DNA of 64,000 nt from the human T2T-CHM13v2.0 reference genome, Homo sapiens: the NCBI RefSeq assembly GCF_009914755.1, contig NC_060931.1. The stretch is one strand, 5' to 3'. Both the position numbers and the translations under genes were made by a program. The notes under the pieces are model-generated. The model was given only the letters and a program-made list of their open reading frames with translations. It was not told the origin of the DNA and searched no databases. This document shows positions 1 through 23,603 of the stretch, one piece after another; position 1 is the stretch's first letter, and the number at the start of each line of letters is the position of its first letter.

Positions 1-58
1 CAGATCCCCTCCACAGGCAGAGGCCACCACCGCCAACCCCCCTCGCCCACGCACCCAC

Positions 59-188
59 CTTGTTCTCCTTGACGTAGAGAGCCAGCATTTCCTCTCGCCC
101 ATAACGGTAGTCAGCCAGCTTGTATTTGGGCATGGCAGGGGACGGGGGTGGGGAGGCCACGCTGCCGCCCCCGGACAGGGCCCTGAGC
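59..188 (-). CDS. GIGYF1: GIGYF1 second coding exon (130 nt): (W)LRALSGGGSVASPPPSPAMPKYKLADYRYGREEMLALYVKENK, containing the 4EHP/EIF4E2-binding motif YRYGREEML
   Basis: Minus-strand translation matches the GIGYF1 N-terminus. AG acceptor at 190-189 and GT donor at 58-57; frame is continuous with the upstream exon. Confidence 0.97.
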
Positions 189-281
189 CTGGACACAACA
201 CAGAGAGAAGAAGACAGAGGTCAGGGCAGCCTGACTGTGCTTTCTCGAATCTCCACGGCAGCCGAGGCACAAGTGACTCAC

Positions 282-316
282 CACTCAGGCCCAAAGTTGA
301 GTGTCTCTGCTGCCAT
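282..316 (-). CDS. GIGYF1: GIGYF1 first coding segment MAAETLNFGPE(W); the whole exon is 282-385 including 69 nt of 5'UTR
   Basis: ATG at 316-314 in context acgATGg; donor GTGAGT at 281-276; acceptor cccccacAG ending at 386. Confidence 0.97.
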
Positions 317-528
317 CGTGGGGCTGGGCGTGTTTGAGAGGCCGGGGGTGGGGAGGAGGGGACCTGGCGTTCACTGTCCAAACACCTGTGGGGGAACAGG
401 GGCCATGAAGAACAGCACACGAAGGAGAACTTTAAAGCGCAGGGAGGACACCATGGGGGACATCCTAGTGGGCACAACAATGGGCCCCGGACTAGCTGGT
501 GGGTCACCTGGGGTCTAAAAGGACTCAC

Positions 529-593
529 CTGAGCCAGCCACGTGGCCACTCACACCATGAGTTACCCAGAGATGAGTCCAGACGGTGAAAGAC
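529..593 (-). other. GIGYF1: GIGYF1 non-coding 5'UTR exon (65 nt)
   Basis: Acceptor ctcgcctcccccAG at 595-594 and donor CAG|GTGAGT at 528-523, both on the minus strand. Confidence 0.75.
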
Positions 594-669
594 CTGGGGG
601 AGGCGAGGAGATGGGAAGCTCGAGTCCTTTCGGCCTCAGCAGGGCAACCACCCTTGGCCCGGGGCTCAC

Positions 670-1633
670 CTGGCAGCCTGGCCCGGGAAGAAGGAGGGCA
701 GGGGCTGGTGCTGGAGTGAACGAGGGTACCCAAGCCACTGGGAATTGGTCTGACCTCAGTAGAGCCTGGGAGGGACCTTCACATCTGGGAAAGACCCTTA
801 AGGAGAGCAGGGGGGAGGAGGGAGGGTTCAGGACATGGCTCTGCCGGCAGCCCTGCCCTGCCCCGCATGACAGGAGAGGTCCATTCGCCGGATGGTGTCT
901 CTGGGCATCAGCACCCTCGCCACCCTCTCTGGGAGGCTGAGACAGGAGGTGTAGTGAAGAACTCGGGGAGGGAGGCAGCCGAGGCCAGGATGGACGTTCA
1001 GGGCAAAGATAAAACAAAAACAAGCAAGCAAACAAAAACCCACTAGAGCCACAAATAGCTTACAGAGAAAAGGTCAGTTACGGAGAAAAGGATTAGAAAT
1101 AAATCTAGGAGCAAAATTCTTTCCCTCATGAAAAAAATCAGTTGGCTGCTCAGAAGCTCAAATCCAGGGGCTTGGTCTGGGGAGAAACCCAGTGAAAAGG
1201 AGCAGGAGGTGACTCTAGGGCCACAGACGGGTACACGACAAGGACTCCAGGCAGGCAAGCCTGAGCCAAGGCACCTCGGGCTGGTTTCCCCCACAGGAAT
1301 CACACCCAGACCACCGCCCCCAATCAATAATGGAGGCTTAAACAACCAAGCCACCAAGGGAACGAGGATCTCAGGATACCAGCTGGGAAGCAGCCTCTGG
1401 CACCATCAGGTGGAAATAAGGTCAGGGCAATGGAGGCTGATGGGGGCGCGGCGGCAGCCTGTTCCTCTAAGGGAGGATGGAGGGGACTTTCAGGAGGAGG
1501 CGCATCCCTGGGGCCCCAGGCAGAGGACTCAAGCGGGTGGGCGGGGTCCAGGTGCTGCGGTGTTGTCACTGGCTGGGAGGGAGGCTGGCCCGGCTTGGTG
1601 CTGCAGCTCCCATCAACTCCAGGACGCCACAGT
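670..1633 (-). other. GIGYF1: GIGYF1 long non-coding 5'UTR exon (964 nt)
   Basis: Strong acceptor ttcctcttctttcccAG at 1635-1634; donor CAG|GTGAGC at 669-664. Confidence 0.7.
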
Positions 1634-2564
1634 CTGGGAAAGAAGAGGAAGCGGGTTCAACCAGGGTGCTGAGGAGGAAAGGCCATCAGCCCCAGCTGAG
1701 CCAGCAGCCCATGACAAGCCGAGGCCTGCTCAGAGTCCAGGCACTCCAGGGGGAAACACCGGGCTCAGAGGCAACCCAAGGCCAGGCTGGCCTCCCCTGG
1801 GACCTCTCCTTCCTCTGCCTCGGCTGGATGCTCCAGTGGTGGTGTGTTCCATGACATGAAAAGCCACCAGCCTGTCACTGACTGCAGGTGGCCACCTAGA
1901 GCAATCTGGGGACTGGATGAGCCTTGAGGACATCACGCTAAGAGAAACACACCAGCCAAAAAAGGAGAGCTACCCCTTACTTCTCTTTCATGAGGTCTCT
2001 AGAGCAGTCACTCATTGAGGGAGGAAGGTAGAAGGGCAGCCACCAGGGGCTGAGGGGACAGGGAGCTGTTGCTGAAGGGTCCAGAGCCTCAACTGAGGAG
2101 GGGATCCTGGGGCCGCTGGTGGTCATGGCCGCACACCAATGTGAGTGTACTTAGTAACACAGAATGGCACAATTAGAGACAGTTAAAGTCTCCAAATTTT
2201 GTTGTATATTTTACCACAATAATCATTTTTTTAAAAAAGCTTTAGGGAACAAAAGGTATCTGGAGATAACCACCGCATACCTAAGTTTTCCCCACTCCAA
2301 GAAAAACACCCCACATTCCTTCAAATCAGCCTCAGGAGAGGCCATTTTGGGCCTCCTCCAGTTCATTCCTTCTAGAAGGCCAGAAGCTCATCCTGGAGGC
2401 ATGAGGGTGGGAGAGAGTAGAACAGAAAAGGGACCACCTGGCCAGCACAATGGCTTATGCCTATAATCCCAGCACTGTGGGAGGCTTGAAGAGAGGAGTC
2501 CGAGACCAGCCTGAGTAACAGAACAAGACCACGACTCTACAGAAACAATTCTAAACATTTTTTA

Positions 2565-2954
<390 letters not shown>

Positions 2955-3234
2955 TCACCCATCCTGGCTGTGTCTTGGCTGCAAGGGGCACACAAAGGGG
3001 GAATGGTTCATGCAGACTGAGGACAGCGACACCAAGACAGGGGAGAGAGCAGGCCCAGAGCAGGAAAAAGCCCATGCCACCCGCCTTCTTGGGAAGAAAC
3101 CAGGAGAGTGAGGTTAACTCTCTAGGCACCCCCACAGCAGGGTCTGGTGCCGGAAGCTGATGGTGCCTGGCCCCTTCCTTGGACTAAAGGAACTAGTGGC
3201 ACACCTGCAGGCCACCATGGGGCTCCCACCCTCC

Positions 3235-3390
3235 AACAGGTTCTGGACTGGGGGCACCTCTGCTCCTCAGGGGGCTCTTGGCCAAGTCTAGAGACATTCT
3301 GGGTTGTCACCACTGGGCAGGGGGTGCACAGGGCAGCCCCACAGCCAAGAGCTATGTGACTCCAGATACCAAGTGCGCCAGTGCTGAGAC
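3235..3390. mobile_element. Degenerate MER20-like hAT DNA transposon fragment
   Basis: GGGG..TTGGC.A.GTCT.GAGACATT.TG.GTTGTCAC.ACTGGG resembles the MER20 consensus as I recall it. Confidence 0.55.
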
Positions 3391-6186
3391 ACCCTCCTCT
3401 GCGCCACGAGCATGGGCACAGCCCTTGGGGGTCTACTGGGCCAAGGGGAAGGCAAGGGAAGGCAGGTGTGTGCACGCTGGGTCATTCTCCTCTCTGAACA
3501 GCAGGGACATCATTCCCTAATTACACTGTCCCACGAGGGAAATCTGAAATCCTGCCAGGAGAAAATCTTTGAGAAAAGAATAGATTTTTTTTTTTTAAGA
3601 AAAACTGCCTAAGTTTGTCTATTGCAAGCTCTCAGGGCCAGGTATCTGATCCCTGTCCAATGAAGGTAAGAGCAGGAGGTGGCGGGGGCTGGGGTACTGC
3701 CACCTGCCCGTCTCAGCTTACCCGGCTGAGCTTTCTCAGCTCAGGGTCTCCTTCTCACAGGCCCCTTCCAGCCTGTCCCCCGCCCTGGCCCTGCCCTCAA
3801 GCCTCGGCCTACTTCGGCTCCTCGCCCCTTCCCCACCCCTTCTCTTTCTCGGGCCTGTCTACCCTCACTCCCCCAGCATCTGAATCAATGCTTTTGAAAG
3901 ACTGCCCCCTGCCGGAGACAAGGGGCGAGGACACGCTGGGCCCGGGTGCTCCAGTAGGCGCCAGGGCGCGCGGGAAAGGGAGCCTGCTCTCTGGGGCTCA
4001 GAACTCAAGAGAGAAAGAAAAGACAGAGAACAGGCGGTCCCAGTGCACATTCAGCTAAGAACATTATCTCCTCACTCCATCACCCCTAAAATTAGCTCCA
4101 ACACAGAGCACTGTGCCTTGGCACAGAACAGAGCCACTTAAACAGAAGCACAGTCCCCAATTCCTCAACACTGGAACAACCGCCCAGCCCCAGGCCTGCT
4201 GGAGGGGACCTGGCCCTTTCTCAGGATGGAGATTCTCCAAGCGTGGTAGGGTGAGGACGCTGAGGCTTAAAAAAGAGATGCAAACCCGCATTCTTCGCGG
4301 CTGGTCGGTTATCCCAGCTCTCTCCTCTCTGAGCCATCCCAGCAAATCACACCACCGCTTGGCAATTGTCTACAAGTTAACAGTTTTCAAAGGATTTTCA
4401 CTCTTTACCTCCTGTGATCCCTTTTGCCCACTTGCCCAGCCTTGGGCTCCAGCCAGGGAAAAGAAGGAGGAAGCTGCTCCGACAGCGTGCCCCGACATCC
4501 TTGACACTATGCAAGACTGGAGGTGCGCACGGTAGCAGTAACCATCCCAAACTCGCAAGCATTATTCTGTGAGTTTGAAGCCATTTTACATTTGTTAGAC
4601 TTTCAACATCCTTCATCTAGCCTCCTCCTCTCATCTTCTCTCCTCTAAAGTGGGCTATTTTTCTTTAATTCCCAAATTCCAATAGCAGATGTAAAAGTTA
4701 GGGCTAACGCATCAGATCACGAACACAAGACTGATGTGTCCAACAGCAGAAAAAGCTAGTCCAGAAGTTTAAGCACATGGTCCACTTGACTAACCACCAC
4801 GTGGGACCCTCAGGGCCCCTGGTCCCCAGGCAATGGCAGGGACACCAAGGCCAGGTCTACCCTCAAATCCTTCCCAATGGCACGACAGACCGCTGGGGGA
4901 CCAAGACCTACAATCTAAGAAAATCAGATTGGAGCTGGCTAGCCTGGTGGAGGGTGGCTAGCCTAGGTCTGCAAAGGGCACAGGAAAGATGGGAAGGAGA
5001 AAGAACCCCAAATCCCCCATGTCGGCAGCAAAGGAGAGACCCTTACTGGTACCACCGATGGTGTTTCCATGCCAAAGGCGAGGGGTTGGCGGGGTTCTAA
5101 ATTGAAACTTCTATATAGACTCGAAGAGGCAGTGCACAAGAGGGTGGGAAAGCTGACGATCTTCCAGAACGACACTTTGAGAGGCAGGAGGGAAGTAAGG
5201 CTTGGGTGGCTGGAAAAAAAAAATCCAATCCAGCTAACAAGTCTTTATGTAGCATCTCCTAGTTCCTAGCACTAGGATGCAACAGACCTGGAGTCTGACC
5301 GGGAATGCGAGTAATGACTGTATAACAGAGAAGAGAGACGAGGGGCTTTTAAAAAGTTACTCGGAAATTTTTTTGTTTTTTTTTTTTTTAAGGCAAAGTG
5401 TGAGAGCTGTGGCCAGGGAGCTGCTGCACGGAGGGGCATGAGCTGAGAAGGGCCTGGCCTGGGACGGGGAGGACAAGCAGTCTCTGCTAAGGAAGGTATT
5501 TCCCGCGGCCGAGCAACTGGGAAGAAGGAGACCCCAATGACCCAGCACTAAGATCGCCGGAGCGAAAGGAAACAGAGGTGAGGAGGACCCAGGCGAGGTG
5601 CCTGGGTGGAGGGCAAGGCTTCCATGTTGGCCAAAGTCGTGGAACGCTTGGACCTGGGGAACCGCAAGGCCCAGCTCGTTCCGAGGGGAACCCAAAGGCG
5701 CGCTGGGGAGAACTCCGGGAAGCGCGGGGCCCGGCCACCCTAGGACGCTAGGGTCGGGGGCCCCCAGGCGGCCCAGGGCAGGGCTTGGCAGGGGCCCGGG
5801 GGCGACCGTTAGGAGCGCGGGGGTGGAAGGCAGCGCGCCGGCCCGGGAGGACGGCGTGCCCTTCAGGGAGGGGCGCCAGGTGCGAGGGGGGCGAGCGGTC
5901 GCCCCCTAAGCCGGGCGCCGGCCTCCCGGGGCCTCCCCGAGGCTGGCCGGCTCTGGGGGAGGGTCCCGGCGGCGGGGATGGGCCGGAGCGGGCGGGAGAG
6001 CGGGAGGACGCACCGGGCTGCGGCGGCCTCGGGGAGGAGACGGGGGAGGGTCCTCGCTGGCGGCCCGCGCGCTGGCTCCGGCGCTTCTCTAGCTCGCGGG
6101 CTCGGCGCGGCCGCCGCGGCGTCGGGGGCGGGCCTGCCCCGGGGCTGGGCTGCGGGCCGGGGGCCGCGGGGCCACTGGGCGCTTAC

Positions 6187-6330
6187 CGCGGGCGGCGCGA
6201 GGGTCCGGTCCCGGGGCGTGGGCGGCGCGCGGCGGGCGGGGGCCGGGGACGGCGACGGCGGCTAGCAGCGGGGGAGGGGGCGCTGGCGCTCCCGCGGCGG
6301 CCGCTCCTCTGTGTTTGTGTTTGTAGCAAG
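6187..6330 (-). other. GIGYF1: GIGYF1 non-coding first exon (5' boundary approximate)
   Basis: Minus-strand donor GCG|GTAAGC at 6186-6181 inside the CpG island. Confidence 0.7.
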
Positions 6331-6387
6331 ATGGCTGCCCGCCTCGCACCACGTGACGCGGACGCGGGGCCGCGGGGCCGCCCCTTC

Positions 6388-6389
<2 letters not shown>

Positions 6390-6446
<57 letters not shown>
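6390..6446. repeat. Perfect (CCG)19 / (CGG)19 trinucleotide repeat
   Basis: 57 uninterrupted nt counted in the sequence. Confidence 0.97.
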
Positions 6447-6448
<2 letters not shown>

Positions 6449-6839
6449 TCCCTCCGCGGCTCCGGCCCGCGCCACCTCTCCTCGTGCGCTGCTCGCGTGC
6501 CGCGCGCGCCACTGCCCGGACGCCCGTCGCCCCCGACAGCCCCCCCCCTCCCCGCCCCGACACGTGACCTGGGCGCCCGGCTGGTCACGTGACGGGGGCC
6601 CCCAGCTGCGGGCGGGATCGGCCCCAGAGCGGCCTCCTCTCCCCCACCTCCCCCGGCCCCGCGACGCGCGACCTCTGGGACCGAGGCCGCGGCCTCCCTG
6701 GCGGTCCGGTTTCCTCCAGGAAGCCCGCCTGGATGACAGGAGACAATAAAATCCAGAACCCTTCATCAGGCGTCCTGGGATGTGTGAAATAAGTGGCTCA
6801 GGCAAATAAGTTGACTCTCAGGAGCCTCTTTATTTTTTT

Positions 6840-10987
<4,148 letters not shown>

Positions 10988-11254
10988 TCAGTTTATTGTC
11001 AAATCGGTTTATTACAGAGCTTGTCTTCATCCACCTAAATTGCGAGCCTTGATATTTATGTGGATATCAGAGTTTGCAAAACATATTTTAGGTACCATGG
11101 AAAGACACATGACCTGAGTAATGGAGTGATAGCTCATAAACTGTGCTTATTGTTAATTATCAGACATAATGGGCGTTAAAATTAATTTACTGCATTCAGA
11201 ATTACTTTTGGCCCTGCGCTAAGTTCTTTGCTCAACCAAACGTAACTGCGTTGT

Positions 11255-11470
11255 AAGTCACCAATGACTTCCACATTGTGAAATCTACTGGTCCATTATC
11301 TTACATGACCTGTTACCAGCCAGTGACATAGACGGTCACTCCCTCCAGAAATACCATCTTCACCTGGCTTTCTGGATGCTATATTCTGTTGGTTTTCCTC
11401 CCACCTCACTAGCTGCTATTTCTCAGATTTTACTGGTTCCTCCTCTTCTCCCCATCCTCCCAGGGCTCAG
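11255..11470 (+). mobile_element. Old L2 LINE fragment
   Basis: GTCACCAATGACTTCCAC...CTGGCTTTCTGGATGC..TGGTTTTCCTCCCACCTCACT resembles the L2 consensus. Confidence 0.6.
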
Positions 11471-11577
11471 ACCTCCGTATTGGAACAGGATATGGGTCGG
11501 GCACAGTGGCTCACATCTGTAATCCCAGCACTTTGGGAAAGGCTGAGGCGGGAGGATCGCTTGAGCCCAGGAGTTCA

Positions 11578-11913
<336 letters not shown>

Positions 11914-12019
11914 TCATGTCCCCTCAGCACAGGTCATGCGATCATGCTCACCTTGTCTTGCACACTACAATATGAGCAGTTCAGCACAGTATTATGTAAT
12001 ATAACTGGTATGTTCGCAG

Positions 12020-15480
<3,461 letters not shown>

Positions 15481-16064
15481 TCTTGTGGTTAATGAAAGAA
15501 TCTGAAGTAAAGGAAAGAACTATGGGATTGAAATGGGGTGCTGGGAGCAAATTTCTCTAGAATCTGAACTCTCTTCAACCTTTGATCAAATGGGGTCAGA
15601 CTCCATCCTAGGGAACTGAGAAGGGCCTGGGAGACATAAATATGCCAACTCACCTGTGTAGGTTTACAGTTTACAACATTACCTTGGGTTTCACAACTCA
15701 ACTGCAAGAAAGGAATTAGCATCCCCATTTTTTTTAAACCAGTGTTTTCATATCCTTTATTCCCAAGTCAGTGTATTTGTCAGTTTGAATGTTACATGTA
15801 TGATAAAACAGATTATGAAAAGCATACTAACGAGAACATTATTTTATATAACTGATCATTGAATATGCAACCTCTTGCAACAATAACTTAATGGACCCAA
15901 CTCTACCTTCTAAATGGACCAATTTTATGATTCTCCTAAAATGTTTTGAGTTGGGTATAGTTTCTTGTTGCTTCTTCCTGTGATCCAAAGCTTAAAAATG
16001 AGGCTGGGCACAATAGCTCAAGCCTGTCATCCCAGCACTTTAGGAGGCCAAGGTAGGAGGATCA

Positions 16065-16337
<273 letters not shown>

Positions 16338-16536
16338 CTAGGACCAAGGAGACAGGAGTTGGAGAAAAAGACACTACAGGTGATGCCCACAGTCTCAAGC
16401 ACTGTGGCATATGCTTGACCTCAGAGCATTCCAGTACTCAAGGTCAAGTGTGGCACCATCCGTATATCCTGTCATCGCAAATGCCCGCAACTGCTACAAT
16501 TAACAGGATATGGGAGAGAGGAGGCACATCATGTGA

Positions 16537-16880
<344 letters not shown>

Positions 16881-17026
16881 AACATATCGAAAATTTCAAT
16901 ACCAAGGATTAACTTCTAAAATACAACTTTATATGCTAGTGCATGCCCGTAGTCCAAGCTGTTCAGGTGGCTGGGGCGGGAGAATTGCTTGAGCCCAGGA
17001 GTTCAGGGCTGCAGTGAGCCGTGTTA

Positions 17027-17230
<204 letters not shown>

Positions 17231-17486
17231 TCAAAAATAAATGCATGCAAGTTTGTAGACAGAAGCTATACAGCTAGCCATTCAATAAAATGCATGTGCA
17301 ATATGGTGGAGCTGTTGTGAACATCCCCATTTGAATGCTGGGCAAACAGAGTAGTTCAAGGTCCCCAGTGCAGCAGGTCCTACTCATTTCAGAAGGGAAC
17401 TCTGCAGAAACTATGCCCATCTGGGCAGAGCCCCCACTCCACTGGCCTGAGAGCCACGAATCCGGCGCGCGTCCTCCCCACCTTGC

Positions 17487-17501
17487 CCGCCAGGGGGCGG
17501 C
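17487..17501 (+). promoter_or_regulatory. Candidate CTCF site CCGCCAGGGGGCGGC upstream of POP7
   Basis: Close match to the CTCF core consensus. Confidence 0.6.
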
Positions 17502-17639
17502 AAGTCCCTGATCCGGGGTCGCCTGCTGCAGAGCTGGTGGGAGATGGTTGAGGGGCGTGGGTGGGTCAGCGTTCCTTGGGGACCCGTGAAGCCTGGGCTT
17601 AGGGCTCACAGCGTGGGTCCCCAGCACAGACAGGAGGCG

Positions 17640-18480
17640 GACAGCTTCCCGTGAACTGCAGGGGAGTCCCGGGACGCTGTCCTCCAGCGAGGTGGGGACC
17701 GGCTATGTCCCTCAGTTCCCCCTCGGTCCTCGGGCCACAGGGACATTAGACTAGGGGGTCAGTTCTGCCAGCCCTGCCCAGGCCTCTTCTGACCAGAGGA
17801 GCTGCGACGGACGCGGAGTTCAGGCCCCTTGGCGACCGCGGTCTCCTGAACTCGGCCCCTTCCCTGCTCCCATGGGGAAGAACCCTGCCCCTAGAACAGC
17901 CTCCCCTCCAGGTGTCTTCCCTACGCTACCCCTCCGCCGGCCGGGAACTCCGCCAGGCCTAGAGACGCCGACCCGGCCCTTTCTAGCTCCTCCCCGGCTC
18001 GGACCTGGTTCCCGCCCTCGGCCGCCCGCCAGTTCCCGAGGCGTACACGTGTAGATCCCGTCACGCCCGGAAGTCTCGCGTTTCTCAAACGCCTCGCGCA
18101 GTCGCCCTTGCGCTCAGGGAAGGGGCGGGGCGAACGGAAGCCGGGAAGGCGATTCATAGCTCGCGGGGTACGGGCGCGCGTGCGCACTCCGCAGCCCGTT
18201 CAGGACCCCGGCGCGGGCAGGGCGCCCACGAGCTGGCTGGCTGCTTGCACCCACATCCTTCTTTCTCTGGGACCTGGGGTCGCGGTTACTTGGGCTGGCC
18301 GGCGAACCCTTGAGTGGCCTGGCGGGGAGCGGGCCTCGCGCGCCTGGAGGGCCCTGTGGAACGAAGAGAGTAAGCACGGGAGGGGCGGCGGAGGGGCGCG
18401 AGTTTGAGGGCGACGCGATGAATGAATCGGAACGGGGGGTGGGGAGACGCGGGATCTGGAGGTGAGTGGGAGAGGACGAG
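17640..18480 (+). promoter_or_regulatory. POP7: POP7 CpG-island promoter: ETS/GABP CCGGAAGT (18067-18074), GC box (18122-18131), E-box (18046-18051), NRF1-like GCGCGTGCGCA
   Basis: CpG density and housekeeping-type motifs read directly. Confidence 0.85.
18140..18369 (+). other. POP7: POP7 non-coding exon 1 (start approximate)
   Basis: Donor GTAAGC at 18370-18375; the intron contains an Alu and ends at acceptor cctttcccacgccAG (18885). Confidence 0.7.
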
Positions 18481-18895
18481 GGGCCGGAAGGAAACAGGGA
18501 CATCGAGTGTGTCCCTTCTCGGGTGCACCCTTTATTTTTGTTTTTGTTTTTGTTTGAGACAGAGGCTTGCTCTGTTTCCCAAGCTAGAGTGCAGTGGCGG
18601 GCGCGATCACGGCTCACTGTAGCCTCGAACTCCCGATCTCAAGCGATCCTCCCCCCTCGGCCCGGGTAATTAAAAAAATTTTTCTTAAGACAGGGTCTTG
18701 CTATGTTGCCCAGGCTGATCTCAAACACCCGGGCTCCAGTGATCCTCCCGCCTCGACCTTCCAAAGTGCTGAGGTTACAGGCGTGAGCCACTGCCCGGCC
18801 AGGTGCACCCTTTGTACAGGAAAAGGGGTAGGAAAGGCTTCGAGGTCCCTCTGAGCCCTCTGATCGCGTCCCTTTCCCACGCCAGGGCACACAGC

Positions 18896-19318
18896 ATGGC
18901 AGAAAACCGAGAGCCCCGCGGTGCTGTGGAGGCTGAACTGGATCCAGTGGAATACACCCTTAGGAAAAGGCTTCCCAGCCGCCTGCCCCGGAGACCCAAT
19001 GACATTTATGTCAACATGAAGACGGACTTTAAGGCCCAGCTGGCCCGCTGCCAGAAGCTGCTGGACGGAGGGGCCCGGGGTCAGAACGCGTGCTCTGAGA
19101 TCTACATTCACGGCTTGGGCCTGGCCATCAACCGCGCCATCAACATCGCGCTGCAGCTGCAGGCGGGCAGCTTCGGGTCCTTGCAGGTGGCTGCCAATAC
19201 CTCCACCGTGGAGCTTGTTGATGAGCTGGAGCCAGAGACCGACACACGGGAGCCACTGACTCGGATCCGCAACAACTCAGCCATCCACATCCGAGTCTTC
19301 AGGGTCACACCCAAGTAA
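18896..19318 (+). CDS. POP7: POP7 / Rpp20, RNase P/MRP subunit p20 (Alba-like), 140 aa, CDS entirely in exon 2
   Basis: MAENREPRGAVEAELDPVEYTLRKRLP...IHIRVFRVTPK*; Kozak context agcATGg. Confidence 0.98.
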   Translation: MAENREPRGAVEAELDPVEYTLRKRLPSRLPRRPNDIYVNMKTDFKAQLARCQKLLDGGARGQNACSEIYIHGLGLAINRAINIALQLQAGSFGSLQVAANTSTVELVDELEPETDTREPLTRIRNNSAIHIRVFRVTPK

Positions 19319-19527
19319 TTGAAAAGACACTCCTCCACTTATCCCCTCCGTGATATGGCTCTTCGCATGCTGAGTACTGGACCTCGGACCAGAGCCATGT
19401 AAGAAAAGGCCTGTTCCCTGGAAGCCCAAAGGACTCTGCATTGAGGGTGGGGGTAATTGTCTCTTGGTGGGCCCAGTTAGTGGGCCTTCCTGAGTGTGTG
19501 TATGCGGTCTGTAACTATTGCCATATA

Positions 19528-19533
19528 AATAAA
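19528..19533 (+). terminator. POP7: POP7 polyadenylation signal AATAAA
   Basis: Canonical hexamer about 210 nt after the stop, followed by GT-rich sequence. Confidence 0.85.
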
Positions 19534-19744
19534 AAATCCTGTTGCACTAGTGTCCTGCCATCCCACTGCCACTGATTCTTTCCTGTGTAAATTCTGTGTG
19601 TGCCTGAATAGGGATGGTAGGAAACGCTACAGGTATCTAGGTGAAAGGGGAACCCAAGTGTTTCTTGCCTCTATAGAGAGCATAGATTATGCTATGAGCA
19701 GTGTAACAAAACAGTACAGTGCAGAAACCCAGTCATCCCAATGT

Positions 19745-23495
<3,751 letters not shown>

Positions 23496-23603
23496 CGGAC
23501 ATTTCTATCAGGCCACATCCTTTCCATCAGCCTGACTGCAAGGCTTCCTTGCCCGGGAGCCCCCCAGTAGCCGAGCGGGGAGCCGGCAGGAAGCTGGATG
23601 GAG

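Larger units (their letters stand above)
5680..6720. promoter_or_regulatory. GIGYF1: GIGYF1 CpG-island promoter with a YY1-type motif CAAGATGGC (6327-6335), three CACGTGAC E-boxes (6350, 6561, 6586) and GC boxes
   Basis: Very high GC and CpG density; motifs read directly from the sequence. Confidence 0.9.

Noticed and set aside
1128-1859. 243-aa + strand ORF antisense to the GIGYF1 leader
   Set aside because: No recognisable domain, GC-rich composition, and no supporting splice or promoter signals.
18803-18895. 31-aa N-terminal extension of POP7 in the ORF track (171 aa)
   Set aside because: It starts at a GTG inside intron 1 next to an Alu. The acceptor at 18885 and the Kozak ATG at 18896 explain the 140-aa protein.
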